This document shows, one piece after another, positions 1 to 9,391 of a stretch of DNA of 64,000 nt. The notes beneath the pieces are model-generated. The model was not told where the DNA came from, did not search any database, and saw only the letters and a program-made list of their open reading frames with translations. Made by a program: the position numbers and the translations under genes. Each line of letters begins with the position of its first letter. Position 1 is the first letter of the stretch. The DNA lies in NCBI GenBank assembly GCA_963830465.1, contig CAWHME010000001.1, forward strand, positions 127,515 through 191,514, read 5' to 3'. The DNA is from an uncultured Solirubrobacterales bacterium. GTDB lineage: Bacteria; Actinomycetota; Thermoleophilia; Solirubrobacterales; Solirubrobacteraceae.

Positions 1-1123
1 GCTGCACGCCCGCCCCGCCGCCCCGTCGCATCAGCTCGGGCAATACCGCCAGTTGATCGACGCATTGCAGCTCGCGCCCGTGAACATGGACGCGAGCCAG
101 GGCCTGCTCGAGCAGTTCCGGGACCGGTCGGAGCCCTCCGTCGGGATCCGGAAGGCGGGCCGTGACCCCCCACCGAGCCGCTCGGAAGATTCCCTCCTCG
201 AGCACTTCCGCGGGAGGATCCGGCTCAGCGTTCGCCTCGGCGGCATCTCGGACGAGGCAATGTACGAACGCCACCAGCGCGGAAGTATCGACCAGCGATG
301 TTTGCACGTCGAGCGCTCTGATCTCGACCGTGCCGAGCCGCGGATGGGGTCTCAGCTTCCACCAGAACCAGGTGTAGTCGGGAACATCCGCGGCGCGCGC
401 CAGCACCGTGGTGGTATCGAGGAAGTCTTGGAAATCGCGCATCGCCCGCGGCACGCTCGAGCGCGGCCAGCCGCGCAGGGTCACTTCCCGCGCGGAAGCA
501 AGACCGGTGTCGCGGCCGTGGCGGAAGGGGGAGTTGGCGGCCAGCGCCTGCAACAGCGGCAGATGCCGTCGCAGGCCGTTGAATGCCCGGATCGCCGTTT
601 CCGAATCGGGCATCCCGACGTGAATGTGCAGGCCGCTGATGGGCGTCGCCGCTGCATCCCCGAGCAGGTAACGGATCCGCTCATAGCGCTCCTTGTCTGT
701 GATTTCCGCGTCACCTTCGGCCGCCGAGGGATGAGTCCCCGATCCGAGTAGCCCGGCGCCGGTGGCGATCACCGCGCGCCGGAGATCGCCAAGTGCCCCA
801 ACCGCTTCACCGGCGCTCTCGCAGATGTTGGTGATCAGCTCGATCTGGCAGGCGTGAAGCTCTCGCTCGATGGTGCCGTCCACCTGCCCGAGTCGCTCCT
901 GAACTGCGCCCGAGGTGTTGGCCTGGCGGCCGGTGACGGGATCGACCAGAAACAACTCCTCCTCGACACCTACCGAGAACGGGTTGCTCGAGCCGAAGGC
1001 AACGGCGCCCTCCTCCTCTTGGTCTCGAGCAGCTCTGGGTTCACGTTCCCGCGGCGGCAGCTCGGCTCGCTCACCGGCCTCCCCGACCGTCGTATCGGTG
1101 TTCTCGGGGTCATCAGCTGCCAC
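1..1123 (-). CDS. Glutamate--cysteine ligase family 2 / carboxylate-amine ligase (YbdK-like); C-terminus runs off the left window edge
   Basis: Absent from the ORF track because no stop lies inside the window. Minus-strand translation from GTG at 1123 gives NPFSVGVEEELFLVDP...CQIELITNI...GLHIHVGMPD...ANSPFRHG...WWKLRPHPRLGTVEIRALD, the hallmark blocks of GCS2-type ligases. Confidence 0.8.
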   Translation of the reverse strand, partial: MAADDPENTDTTVGEAGERAELPPREREPRAARDQEEEGAVAFGSSNPFSVGVEEELFLVDPVTGRQANTSGAVQERLGQVDGTIERELHACQIELITNICESAGEAVGALGDLRRAVIATGAGLLGSGTHPSAAEGDAEITDKERYERIRYLLGDAAATPISGLHIHVGMPDSETAIRAFNGLRRHLPLLQALAANSPFRHGRDTGLASAREVTLRGWPRSSVPRAMRDFQDFLDTTTVLARAADVPDYTWFWWKLRPHPRLGTVEIRALDVQTSLVDTSALVAFVHCLVRDAAEANAEPDPPAEVLEEGIFRAARWGVTARLPDPDGGLRPVPELLEQALARVHVHGRELQCVDQLAVLPELMRRGGGAGVQ

Positions 1124-1696
1124 CCGTCGGCTCTACCCGGAAAGCCCGTTCAAACGTCGGGGGGCGGCTCGGGGGCGCCCGCGCCGCCCGCTGGCGCTGG
1201 GGAGAAAGATCCTCAGTCCAGTCCGGGCCGGCTCCCTACAGTCTCCGACGCCCGGCGGCAAAACTAACTCTTACAACGGGCCCGACCCGAGCAGACGAGG
1301 CGACAGCGCAGCGCTCTCCTCAGATCAAGCCCCACAGATCCGTCCTCATTTTAAGGAGAACAAACGCCCGCATCGGCCCGGTGAACCGGGTGCGGCTCGG
1401 ACGTTTGGCAGCACCGCGACAGCTTGACTGCGGCAGGGCTAACGCTCGGAAGTAGGGCCCGCCGAATGGGGGCCGAAAGGGGGCACGGAACCAGATGGGG
1501 TGGCCAAGGGATTGGCCACCCCATCTGCGTCTCTCTGATCACGGACGCCCGGAGCGCCCTCCGGTCCGAACGCTCGTCGAGATCCGCGTGCGCCATGCTC
1601 AGGCGAGGTCGTGGGCGCATGCCAGCTGGAAAACGCCCCACTCGACGGCCCAAAACTCCAGAGGGAAGTTGAACGGGAGCCAAAAGGTTCGCGAAG

Positions 1697-2782
1697 CTAG
1701 ACCTGAGGCGTAGCGGGCTCGGATTGATGCACCGGATCCTCGGGCGGGATCAGCGGTGAGGTATCTGCAGCTTCGTGCCCTGGCGCCGGCGCGCCCGCGT
1801 CGGTCGCACTCTGCTCGCGTCCGAGCTCGACGTGCAGCAGTGCCTCCTCGGCGAGCCGCGGGAAGCGCTTGGCCTCGACCTCGCCGATCGCGACCAGCTG
1901 CTCCCCGACGGTCCTCATATCCTCGATCAACCGTCGCCGCTCCCGCCAGATCGCCTCCGCGCTGCGAGCCAGCTCCCGGGTCTGAGTCTCGGCGTTCTCG
2001 AGCATCTCGTCGGCCTCCCGCCGGGCGCTCCCGCGCAGCTCGTCCGCCTCGCGCTGGGCCGATGCACGCAGCTGCTGGGTCTCGCGTACGGCCGTCTCTC
2101 GGAGCTCGGTCATCTCCTGCGCGGTGCTCTCACGCAGTTCGGTCGACTCGCGCTTGGCGCTGTCGCGATGCTCCTGGGCATCGCGCTGGGCGACGTCGCG
2201 ATGCTCTTGGGCCTCGCGCTGGGCGATGTCGCGCAGGCTCTGGACCTCGCCCGTGGCCAACTCGCGGAGCTCGTGCGCTTCTCGTTGCGCGGCTTCACGG
2301 GCCTCGCTCGCGTCTCGCTGGGCCGCCTCGCGCACCTCTTGCGCCTCGCCTTCCGCCTGCTGCAACCTGTCATCCGCCTTCGCGCGCGAGCGCGCAGTGA
2401 TCTCGTCCGCGGTCTCATGCGCACGCTGGAGGATGTCGCGCGTCTCCTCGCTCACCTCATCAAGCGCATGCCTCACCGCCGACTCAGGCGAGGAGGACAT
2501 CTCGAGCTCGGCGAGCAGCCGGTTGACCCGTTCGACGTACCGATCGACGGCCGTGCGCTCGTAGCCGCGCAAGCCGATCGGGAACTGGATTTTGCGCGCT
2601 TCCTTCAACATCCGGTCCCGCTCGGAGCTCCCGATCACACGGGTCGAGAACCGCCGGCTGGAGCGCTCCTCCTTCTCGCGTGCCCCGGCCCGCTCCGCGA
2701 CTCTCGCCTCACGCTCTGACGGGACAGCGGTGTACGGCGCCCGGTCTGAATCGTTGCCGCCGGACACCTCGGAATTCGGCAT
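1697..2782 (-). CDS. DivIVA-domain coiled-coil protein with 11-residue AQREAxELRxx repeats
   Basis: Track ORF 1697..2899. The N-terminal block IQFPIGLRGYERTAVDRYVERVNRLLAELE is DivIVA-like, followed by a long charged repeat region. Internal ATG at 2782 (MPNSEV) preferred over 2899. Confidence 0.75.
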   Translation of the reverse strand: MPNSEVSGGNDSDRAPYTAVPSEREARVAERAGAREKEERSSRRFSTRVIGSSERDRMLKEARKIQFPIGLRGYERTAVDRYVERVNRLLAELEMSSSPESAVRHALDEVSEETRDILQRAHETADEITARSRAKADDRLQQAEGEAQEVREAAQRDASEAREAAQREAHELRELATGEVQSLRDIAQREAQEHRDVAQRDAQEHRDSAKRESTELRESTAQEMTELRETAVRETQQLRASAQREADELRGSARREADEMLENAETQTRELARSAEAIWRERRRLIEDMRTVGEQLVAIGEVEAKRFPRLAEEALLHVELGREQSATDAGAPAPGHEAADTSPLIPPEDPVHQSEPATPQV

Positions 2783-2941
2783 CGCGATCAGCTCCCTTCC
2801 ATCGCTCGAAATGGCGCGCCCGTGGTGAAGATCACGAGCATTAGGCTTCACGCTACCTCGGGCGTCAAGCGCCGGCGCCACCCAGCTAGGCGGCGGCACG
2901 CAACGCGCAAACAGCCGCCTCCGTCGAGAGCGACACAGCCG

Positions 2942-4210
2942 TTAATCGAACGCGCGCTCGCGCCCTTTGAGCAGCGGGAACGAGCGCTGGGTGCGGGTCG
3001 GCAGGATGTAGTTCGCGCGCTTGAGCACGAACATGAACTCGTTGATGCCGTTGTTGACCGTATCGGTGATCGCCGGGTTCTCGAGCTGCGCGGAGGATGC
3101 GTTCATCGCGTTGCGCGAGGTGACGAAATCCGCGATCGTCCGTTGCACCGAGACGAAGTGCAGACCCGCTTGACCGCCGTCGACGGTGTTGAAGTCGCGA
3201 CGGATCATGAGCGGCTTGCCGTTGCGGCGAGCGCGGGCCGAGGTCTGGGCGTGCCCGATGACGCCGTAGCGGTTTATCGCTTGTCCCAGCAGATTAGGGT
3301 CACTCGGGGCGTCGGTCGTGAACCGGTTGACTTGCGCCGGGCTCACCTGGGGCCCATACATCCGGGCCACCCGTTCGCGCTCGTCGAGATCCTGATACCA
3401 GCTGTCGAGTCGGAGCCGCATGTAGCTGACCTGCATCGTGGTACCGCCCGCGAAGGGCCCGTCGGGGATCGTGACGTAATCCTCGCTGGCCTGGTTGCGG
3501 CGAAGGTTCGACTTGAAGCCCATGAACAGCGGGGCCCCTTTGGGCACGGGATTGCCCGGCGGGATTCCGCCGACGTTTTGGCGCGCAGCAGGCAGCCCGG
3601 CGCCGACGAACCCGGTGCGCGTCTCCTGCCAACGCAACGCGCTCGAGATGTCGGTCGGTCCGGTGAGCCCGGGAAGCGGCGCTCCATGAATCAGCGCCGC
3701 CTCGATTGAAGCCAGCCGCTGCTCGTCGTCGCACGCCAGGTGCAGGCACAGGTCGTAATCGTCGATCGCCGGCAACTCGAAGTCAGACAGCCCTTTCGCC
3801 TGCGGGATCGGGGAGCTGATCTTCAGCAGCCGCTCGAAGTAGCCGGGTCCCCACCCCGCCGTGAACAACAGCCCGGATGGCCCCCACTCGTAGCCGCGCT
3901 CGAGCGTGCGCAGAGCGGCCTCGAGCATCCGCACGTGGGCGGGGCCCGGAGTGCCGTTGACATCGAAGAACAGCAGCCGGTCGAACCGTGGCGCGATCGG
4001 GTTGCTGTCGGAGTCGCGGGGCAGGGTCGCGTCCCAGGCGTGCTGGCGGTCGGGGAGCCCGGCGGGCTGCGGGCCGAGCGCCACCACAGGCACCGGCTTT
4101 GCGCCGCTATTCACCGCCCGGTCGATGCCGATGCCGACGGCGGCGCCTCCGGTCACGGCGGTCGCGCCGATCAGCAGTCGCCGGCGGGTCAACATCGCCG
4201 AAGACTCCAT
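2942..4210 (-). CDS. Dyp-type (EfeB-like) heme peroxidase with twin-arginine signal peptide
   Basis: N-terminus MESSAMLTRRRLLIGATAVTGGAAVG is a Tat motif. Length of 422 aa and overall sequence are typical of the Tat-exported Dyp/EfeB family. Confidence 0.85.
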   Translation of the reverse strand: MESSAMLTRRRLLIGATAVTGGAAVGIGIDRAVNSGAKPVPVVALGPQPAGLPDRQHAWDATLPRDSDSNPIAPRFDRLLFFDVNGTPGPAHVRMLEAALRTLERGYEWGPSGLLFTAGWGPGYFERLLKISSPIPQAKGLSDFELPAIDDYDLCLHLACDDEQRLASIEAALIHGAPLPGLTGPTDISSALRWQETRTGFVGAGLPAARQNVGGIPPGNPVPKGAPLFMGFKSNLRRNQASEDYVTIPDGPFAGGTTMQVSYMRLRLDSWYQDLDERERVARMYGPQVSPAQVNRFTTDAPSDPNLLGQAINRYGVIGHAQTSARARRNGKPLMIRRDFNTVDGGQAGLHFVSVQRTIADFVTSRNAMNASSAQLENPAITDTVNNGINEFMFVLKRANYILPTRTQRSFPLLKGRERAFD

Positions 4211-4226
4211 CGTGGCGGCATTCCTC

Positions 4227-4877
4227 TCACGACGTCGGCTTCCAATGGAACGTGAGCGTCACCCGGTGCGGCGCCAGCCACACTTTCTGGTACTCGACAT
4301 GACGCGCGGACACGGGTGGGCTGACGAGCAAGCTCAGTTGATAGCTGCCGGCGCCCGGGACGCTCACATCGTTGCCGTAGTGCGGGCCCATGTACCTGGA
4401 GATCATCGGCCACTGGCGCTCGTCGTAGACGAGTTTTCCGTCCTTGCTGATCGTCGCCCACACCGTCGCATACGGGATCGCCACCCCGGTTTGCGAGTCG
4501 CGGAGCATCACCATCAGGTGAAAGCTCGTCTTTGGTCCGGGCTTGACCATCTGCTCGCTGGAGCCGTTGTAGATCACGAATGGAACCGGCGTCATCGCCT
4601 GCGCTGTGATCTTCATTCCCTGCCAGGTGGTGCTCGCCAATACCTGCGTGGGCACCGGCTTGATCCCGGCGATCGCGGCGCCGGTTCCTGAGCTCGCGCC
4701 GCCGCTCATGTTCATCCCGGACATGCCGCTCGAGCTCGTGGCTGTTCCCGAGCCGCTCGCGGATACGGCCGTCGAGACGGTCTTGTTGGCGCTCGCGCAC
4801 CCGGCGGCCAGGATCCCCGCCACCGCGATCGGGATCGCGCGCCGAGCGGCAGGGTTGAAGTTGCGTAGGTCAAACAT
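4227..4877 (-). CDS. Lipoprotein, Fe2+-transport (Tp34 / P19 / FetP-like) family
   Basis: MFDLRNFNPAARRAIPIAVAGILAAGC lipobox with GAGGAA RBS upstream of ATG 4877. C-terminal FHLMVMLRDSQTGVAIPYATVWATISKDGK...ISRYMGPHYGNDV resembles proteins annotated as iron transporter (PF10634-like). Lies 16 nt upstream of the Dyp gene. Confidence 0.6.
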   Translation of the reverse strand: MFDLRNFNPAARRAIPIAVAGILAAGCASANKTVSTAVSASGSGTATSSSGMSGMNMSGGASSGTGAAIAGIKPVPTQVLASTTWQGMKITAQAMTPVPFVIYNGSSEQMVKPGPKTSFHLMVMLRDSQTGVAIPYATVWATISKDGKLVYDERQWPMISRYMGPHYGNDVSVPGAGSYQLSLLVSPPVSARHVEYQKVWLAPHRVTLTFHWKPTS

Positions 4878-4973
4878 CGCACAGTTCCTCGGAGGTTTCG
4901 GTCTGGTTTGCATTTGAGAGGCCGCGTCGGTCGGCGCGTCGCCCACATATCGTGCTCAGCGTCGCGATCATCG

Positions 4974-5960
4974 CTATCCCGGTGCAGCGATCCGGCGAGT
5001 GGCTTCAAATCGCGGCTCCAGGCTCGGCGACTCGTACGGGGTCAGCCCGAAGAGCGCGATTGCGAGCAGAATGAACGGTGGCCCGGCGTTGGGGTCCGTC
5101 GCTCCCCCCTGGAAGATCCCTCCCAGCCCCTCCCCGAGTACCCAGTAGGCGAGGTTCAGCGCGATCGCGAGGGCCAGGAACAGACGTGGCCGCCAGTTGA
5201 CAGCGACCGCCACGCCGATCGCGGCCGATAGCAGCGCGAGCATGAGCGCGATCGGAAGGCCGTTCCCCTTGGCACCGCTCGCAACCCAGTCTTGGACAGT
5301 GCTCAGCCAGCTCATTCCCGACGGGGCAGCGTTGATCGAGTTACTGACCGCGTTCGCGCTGCTGCTGGGGGCCTCCAGCCACAGCCATGCCATCACGAGC
5401 CAGAGCACCGCCCAGGCGATCCTTGCGCCGCGGACTCCGAGCAGGCCGCCCGGTCGAGCGGTCGGCCACACGATCAGGCCGATGATCCCGTACAGCAGCA
5501 CCGCGCCGGGAGCGCCGGTGAGCGGGCTCGCCATCGTCATCAACAACATCCCGAACGACTCGCCGAACCACCACACGATCAGCGCCCACACGAACGACAG
5601 CGCCAGCGCCGGCTTCACCGTGCGGCGATAAAGCAATCCGAGACCGATCAGGACCTGGGTCAGCGCAAACAGCGTGTTGTAGACGGCCAGATTGTGCTGG
5701 GCCAGATGCGCGGCCCACTCGACGCTGCTCGCGACCCAGCCCGGCTGACCTGCCGTCATGTTGGTGAGCATTTGGATGAAGCCCTTGGAATACATGAACG
5801 ATTGGAACTGCAGGCCTCCATCCAGCAGCCACAGCAAGCCGAGGACGGTCTGGATCGTGCGCCGGGTATCCGACGCGAAGTACTCCCGCGCTCGCGCGAC
5901 TGCAGTGCTGCTGTCGGCGCGACCGACGGCGCCGGCCTCAAAGTTGGCAGCGCTACTCAC
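4974..5960 (-). CDS. Polytopic integral membrane protein, unassigned family
   Basis: Track ORF 4974..6584, but only the last ~329 codons are hydrophobic and protein-like. AAGGAGG sits 5 nt upstream of GTG 5960 (alternative ATG 5984). No REXXE motifs, so not FTR1/EfeU. Confidence 0.6.
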   Translation of the reverse strand: MSSAANFEAGAVGRADSSTAVARAREYFASDTRRTIQTVLGLLWLLDGGLQFQSFMYSKGFIQMLTNMTAGQPGWVASSVEWAAHLAQHNLAVYNTLFALTQVLIGLGLLYRRTVKPALALSFVWALIVWWFGESFGMLLMTMASPLTGAPGAVLLYGIIGLIVWPTARPGGLLGVRGARIAWAVLWLVMAWLWLEAPSSSANAVSNSINAAPSGMSWLSTVQDWVASGAKGNGLPIALMLALLSAAIGVAVAVNWRPRLFLALAIALNLAYWVLGEGLGGIFQGGATDPNAGPPFILLAIALFGLTPYESPSLEPRFEATRRIAAPG

Positions 5961-6142
5961 GTCTTCCTCCTTAGTCGGGGACATTCGCCAGGGACATGCG
6001 AGCACCGAGCATGACTTTCGACACCACGGCAAACCGACAATCGCGGCCACTGCGGCCGGTGCATCAGTCGCCGCTCGATTCGCGACGTCCCGTCGATCAA
6101 CCAGGGACCGGCGCTGACGCCAACCAGCGTCTCGCGCCGGCG

Positions 6143-6805
6143 TTACGCTGGTGGACCGCGACCCGACCAGCCGCCCGCGAGCGGAGCGAGCTTCGCGACC
6201 ACGACATCGCGAGGGCGAAGCCTTGGCAGGCTCCTCGCCACCTGCCGCGCACGCGGCCGCGGCCGACGGCGGGTCACCTCGTCGAGGACCCACCGGGTCC
6301 CGTGGAAGGCCGCCGCCAGCACCAAGCCGACGCAGAACGCCGCCGGCAGCGACCACCAGCCTCCGTAGCCGAAGACGCCGACGAGGCCGCCGGGATGCCC
6401 GAAGGCGAGCATCCCTTCGAGGAGCTCCTGACCGACATAGATCGCTACCAGCGATGCCGTGCAGATGAGCCACAGCGCGCCGAACGAGACGCTGTAGCGG
6501 GCAAGCGAGCACTGTCCGCCCAGCGCGCGCCCCAATGCGCGAAGGAAGACACCGACCGCGAGCGCCGCCAGCAACATGATCCATGGAGCGAGCGAATGCA
6601 GATACGAGTGACCTTGTCGCTGGAGCTCGAGACCGGCGCGAGTCCCGAACGCCAGCCAGTAGCGCAACTGATGGACCGCAAACGCGGCCGGCGGCAGCAG
6701 CGCAGCCGGCGCGAGGCTCGTGATCGACGCCCGCGGCTCGCCCGCGATTGCCTGGGGGAAACCGGCCTTCAGATGTGTGTCTGTGTGCTTCGCGCTGTGC
6801 GCCAT
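6143..6805 (-). CDS. Hypothetical membrane protein (~5 TM)
   Basis: Track ORF with several hydrophobic spans (WIMLLAALAVGVFL, ALWLICTASLVAIYV, WWSLPAAFCVGLVLAAAF). Co-directional with neighbours. Confidence 0.45.
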   Translation of the reverse strand: MAHSAKHTDTHLKAGFPQAIAGEPRASITSLAPAALLPPAAFAVHQLRYWLAFGTRAGLELQRQGHSYLHSLAPWIMLLAALAVGVFLRALGRALGGQCSLARYSVSFGALWLICTASLVAIYVGQELLEGMLAFGHPGGLVGVFGYGGWWSLPAAFCVGLVLAAAFHGTRWVLDEVTRRRPRPRARQVARSLPRLRPRDVVVAKLAPLAGGWSGRGPPA

Positions 6806-6913
6806 TGCGCCTCGTCGCTTGAGGAGCGCACTGCCCGCCGCCCGTGCGCCCAGATCGGCCGACCTAGTGAAGCACGACTAACGGCTGGATGGTGCCGCCG
6901 AGCTTCCGATTGC

Positions 6914-9385
6914 TCATCCTGCCAGCGCATAGCTGCCGATATCTTGATCCAGCGTGCCCTGCGCGTCGTATTGGCCGGTATGCACGTCGACCACCTTCCC
7001 GGTGCGGTCGATGTAGATCGTCGTCGGCAAGCCCTCAAGGCCCTGCGGCACGATCGAAGCGAGCGAGGAGGCGCTTGCTTGGTAGCTCGGATAGCTGACC
7101 GGGTGTTGCGCCAGGAACGACCGAGCATCACCGGCGGAGTCGTCGGTGTCGGCACCGATGAAGGCCACGCGACGGCCGTAGCGCGCGGATGCGTCGGCGA
7201 ACAGGCTGAACTCTGAGCGGCACGGTGTACACCAGGAGGCCCAGGCGTTGATCACGATCGGGTAGCCCCGCAGCGCTCGAATCCTCGCCGCCAAAGCCGG
7301 TTCTGAGCCGAGCAGCTGTCCGGCCTGCTGGTGCAGGCTCGCCAGCGCCGCCGGCGAACCCGCGAGCTTCCGCGCCGCCGAGGCGGCGCTGGCCGGGGCG
7401 CCCGGGACCCGGGCCAGCGCGGCCCGCACTTGGTCCGCGAGCTGGCGGCGACTCGGCCAGCCGGAGGTGTCGACCTCGTGGTACCACAGGATCTGCCCGC
7501 TCGCGGAGGTAAGCACGAACCACGGCTCTCCCTGGACCTCGTACCCGTCGGCGACTTGGCCGCTTTCGTCAACCGCCACCTGGTAGGAGAGCGGGCGCCG
7601 CAGACCGTGCAGGAATTGCGCCAGCGCCCCCGGCGACGGTTCGACACTGCCCTCGTCGATCGCCGTCAGCGACGGTAGCCCTGAGCCGGCGGCGGCAGCC
7701 TCGTAGCCGTCCAGCGCCTCGAGATGCCCAGCGAGGCTCGTGACCTCCTGATCCCACGTGGCGAAGAACAGGAACAGGCGTGGCTTCTGGCCCGGCCCGA
7801 TGGCCACCGTGCCGCCGCCCACCCTTGGCAGCGCATGCTCGGAGGTGGGGCTGATCGCCGGGACCTGAGCGTAGGAGAGGTCCGAGTGGACCTGCGGGTG
7901 ACTCGGAAGCAAGCTCGAGACCTCCTGCGCCAGCACCTGACCGAGCTGTCCGATCGCAGCATAGGACTGCTGGGTGACGTATACCCTCGCCTCGTCGCCC
8001 TGGGGGCCGATCACGAACAACGCCGGAGTGTGGGCGATCAAGCCGCGCTCGATGTCGGCCTCCACCGCGTATGACTTCCAGACGCGTTTGAGCTCGCTCA
8101 GCGATCCGGTCAGGAAGTGCCACTGGTCGGTCATCCCGTGCAGCTGCGAGTACGACCAGACGTCCTCGATCGTGGTCGCGGCAGGGTTGGCGTCGATCCC
8201 AAGCAGTTGCACCTGCGAACCCGCCGCGCCAAGCATCGCCTTCGCGTCGAGCATCGCCGTCGTCGTCATCGGACAGATCGTCGTGCACTCCGAGTCGGTG
8301 AACGCGAGGATCACCACCTTTCCGCGGTAGGACCGCAGCGACACCCGCTTGCCCAACTGGTCGTCGAGCGCGAACGCCGGCGCGCGGCCGGAGACCGGAG
8401 TTCCCGGATCGACGTTCGAGTTCGCCGCGAGCGCCTGCTGCTGGGATTGGCCAGACGCCCCTGAGCCGAGGCCGAGAATCGTCGCGCCGACGGCGACGGC
8501 GAGCAAGCCCGCGAAGCCCAAGCCGGCCCAGCGCAGCGGGACGAGCGAGCGCCCGGCCGGCGCCTGCGAAGGCGGCCCGGGGGAGCTCCCGCCGGGCGAT
8601 TGGCGCGCGCCATGCCTTCGTCTGAACACGAGCCGCGCGGCGAGCAGGATCGCCACAAGCGCGGCCAACAGCACCGTGATGATCGCGACGAGGCCGTCGG
8701 TCCCCCGTCCCCGTGGCGCCGGGCCGGCGGCCCCGCTCGCCGTCGCGCTGCTACTGGCTGCGCCGCTCGCCGCCGCGCGGCTACTGGGTGCGCGGATCCT
8801 CGACGACGCGGCGTTGCCGCTTGATCGAGCGGCGCCGGGCGCCGCGCCGGTTCCACGGCCCGGCGAGCCGAGCTCGACCGCGCTCGCTGCGGCCAGCGCG
8901 CGGACGGCAGCCTCCGCGGAGCCGATAAGCCCGCTTCCCCCGGCCCGGTTCGGGATCTTCGCGAGCACCCCATACGCCGAGGCGGGCGAGTGACCCGGCC
9001 AGTTGAAGCCGAATCCGTTCGGCATCACCACCAGCAGCCGCTGCGTGTAGGCCAACGACAGCTCGATTCCCAGGAACCGCGCGTATGCGCGTGGCTTGCG
9101 CCACAGCGCGGTGACCGCTCCAAGGTCGTCGGGGCCAGCGATGATTGCCACTCGGATCGGAAACCCGGCGCGGTCGGCCGCCTGCAGAAGGTCGCCGAAC
9201 TGCACCTGCCGCGAAACCGAGAGGCCGGCGTCAGAGGCGGCGAACAGATCCTGGTAAACGAGTACGTCGCTGCCCGGGTCCCCGTCCGCCCACACGGTTG
9301 AGGTGAGCGGGCCGAGGCCGAGGATCACCGCGATCACGGCGAGCGCTCCCAGCAGTGTGTGCCTCATCTTCGCTTGCAAGCGCAT
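6914..9385 (-). CDS. Multidomain exported protein: unknown N-terminal domain, 2 TM, Sco1/SenC domain, cysteine-less thioredoxin-fold domain, TlpA-like thioredoxin domain
   Basis: Signal peptide, then ADGDPGSDVLVYQDLF... domain paralogous to ORF 9392..10063. FTDSECTTICPMTT is the Sco CxxxC motif, with downstream LIAHTPALFVIGPQG. FFATWDQEV is a degenerate redoxin. INAWASWCTPCRSEF is the WCxPC redoxin motif. Confidence 0.8.
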   Translation of the reverse strand: MRLQAKMRHTLLGALAVIAVILGLGPLTSTVWADGDPGSDVLVYQDLFAASDAGLSVSRQVQFGDLLQAADRAGFPIRVAIIAGPDDLGAVTALWRKPRAYARFLGIELSLAYTQRLLVVMPNGFGFNWPGHSPASAYGVLAKIPNRAGGSGLIGSAEAAVRALAAASAVELGSPGRGTGAAPGAARSSGNAASSRIRAPSSRAAASGAASSSATASGAAGPAPRGRGTDGLVAIITVLLAALVAILLAARLVFRRRHGARQSPGGSSPGPPSQAPAGRSLVPLRWAGLGFAGLLAVAVGATILGLGSGASGQSQQQALAANSNVDPGTPVSGRAPAFALDDQLGKRVSLRSYRGKVVILAFTDSECTTICPMTTTAMLDAKAMLGAAGSQVQLLGIDANPAATTIEDVWSYSQLHGMTDQWHFLTGSLSELKRVWKSYAVEADIERGLIAHTPALFVIGPQGDEARVYVTQQSYAAIGQLGQVLAQEVSSLLPSHPQVHSDLSYAQVPAISPTSEHALPRVGGGTVAIGPGQKPRLFLFFATWDQEVTSLAGHLEALDGYEAAAAGSGLPSLTAIDEGSVEPSPGALAQFLHGLRRPLSYQVAVDESGQVADGYEVQGEPWFVLTSASGQILWYHEVDTSGWPSRRQLADQVRAALARVPGAPASAASAARKLAGSPAALASLHQQAGQLLGSEPALAARIRALRGYPIVINAWASWCTPCRSEFSLFADASARYGRRVAFIGADTDDSAGDARSFLAQHPVSYPSYQASASSLASIVPQGLEGLPTTIYIDRTGKVVDVHTGQYDAQGTLDQDIGSYALAG

Positions 9386-9391
9386 CTCGTA

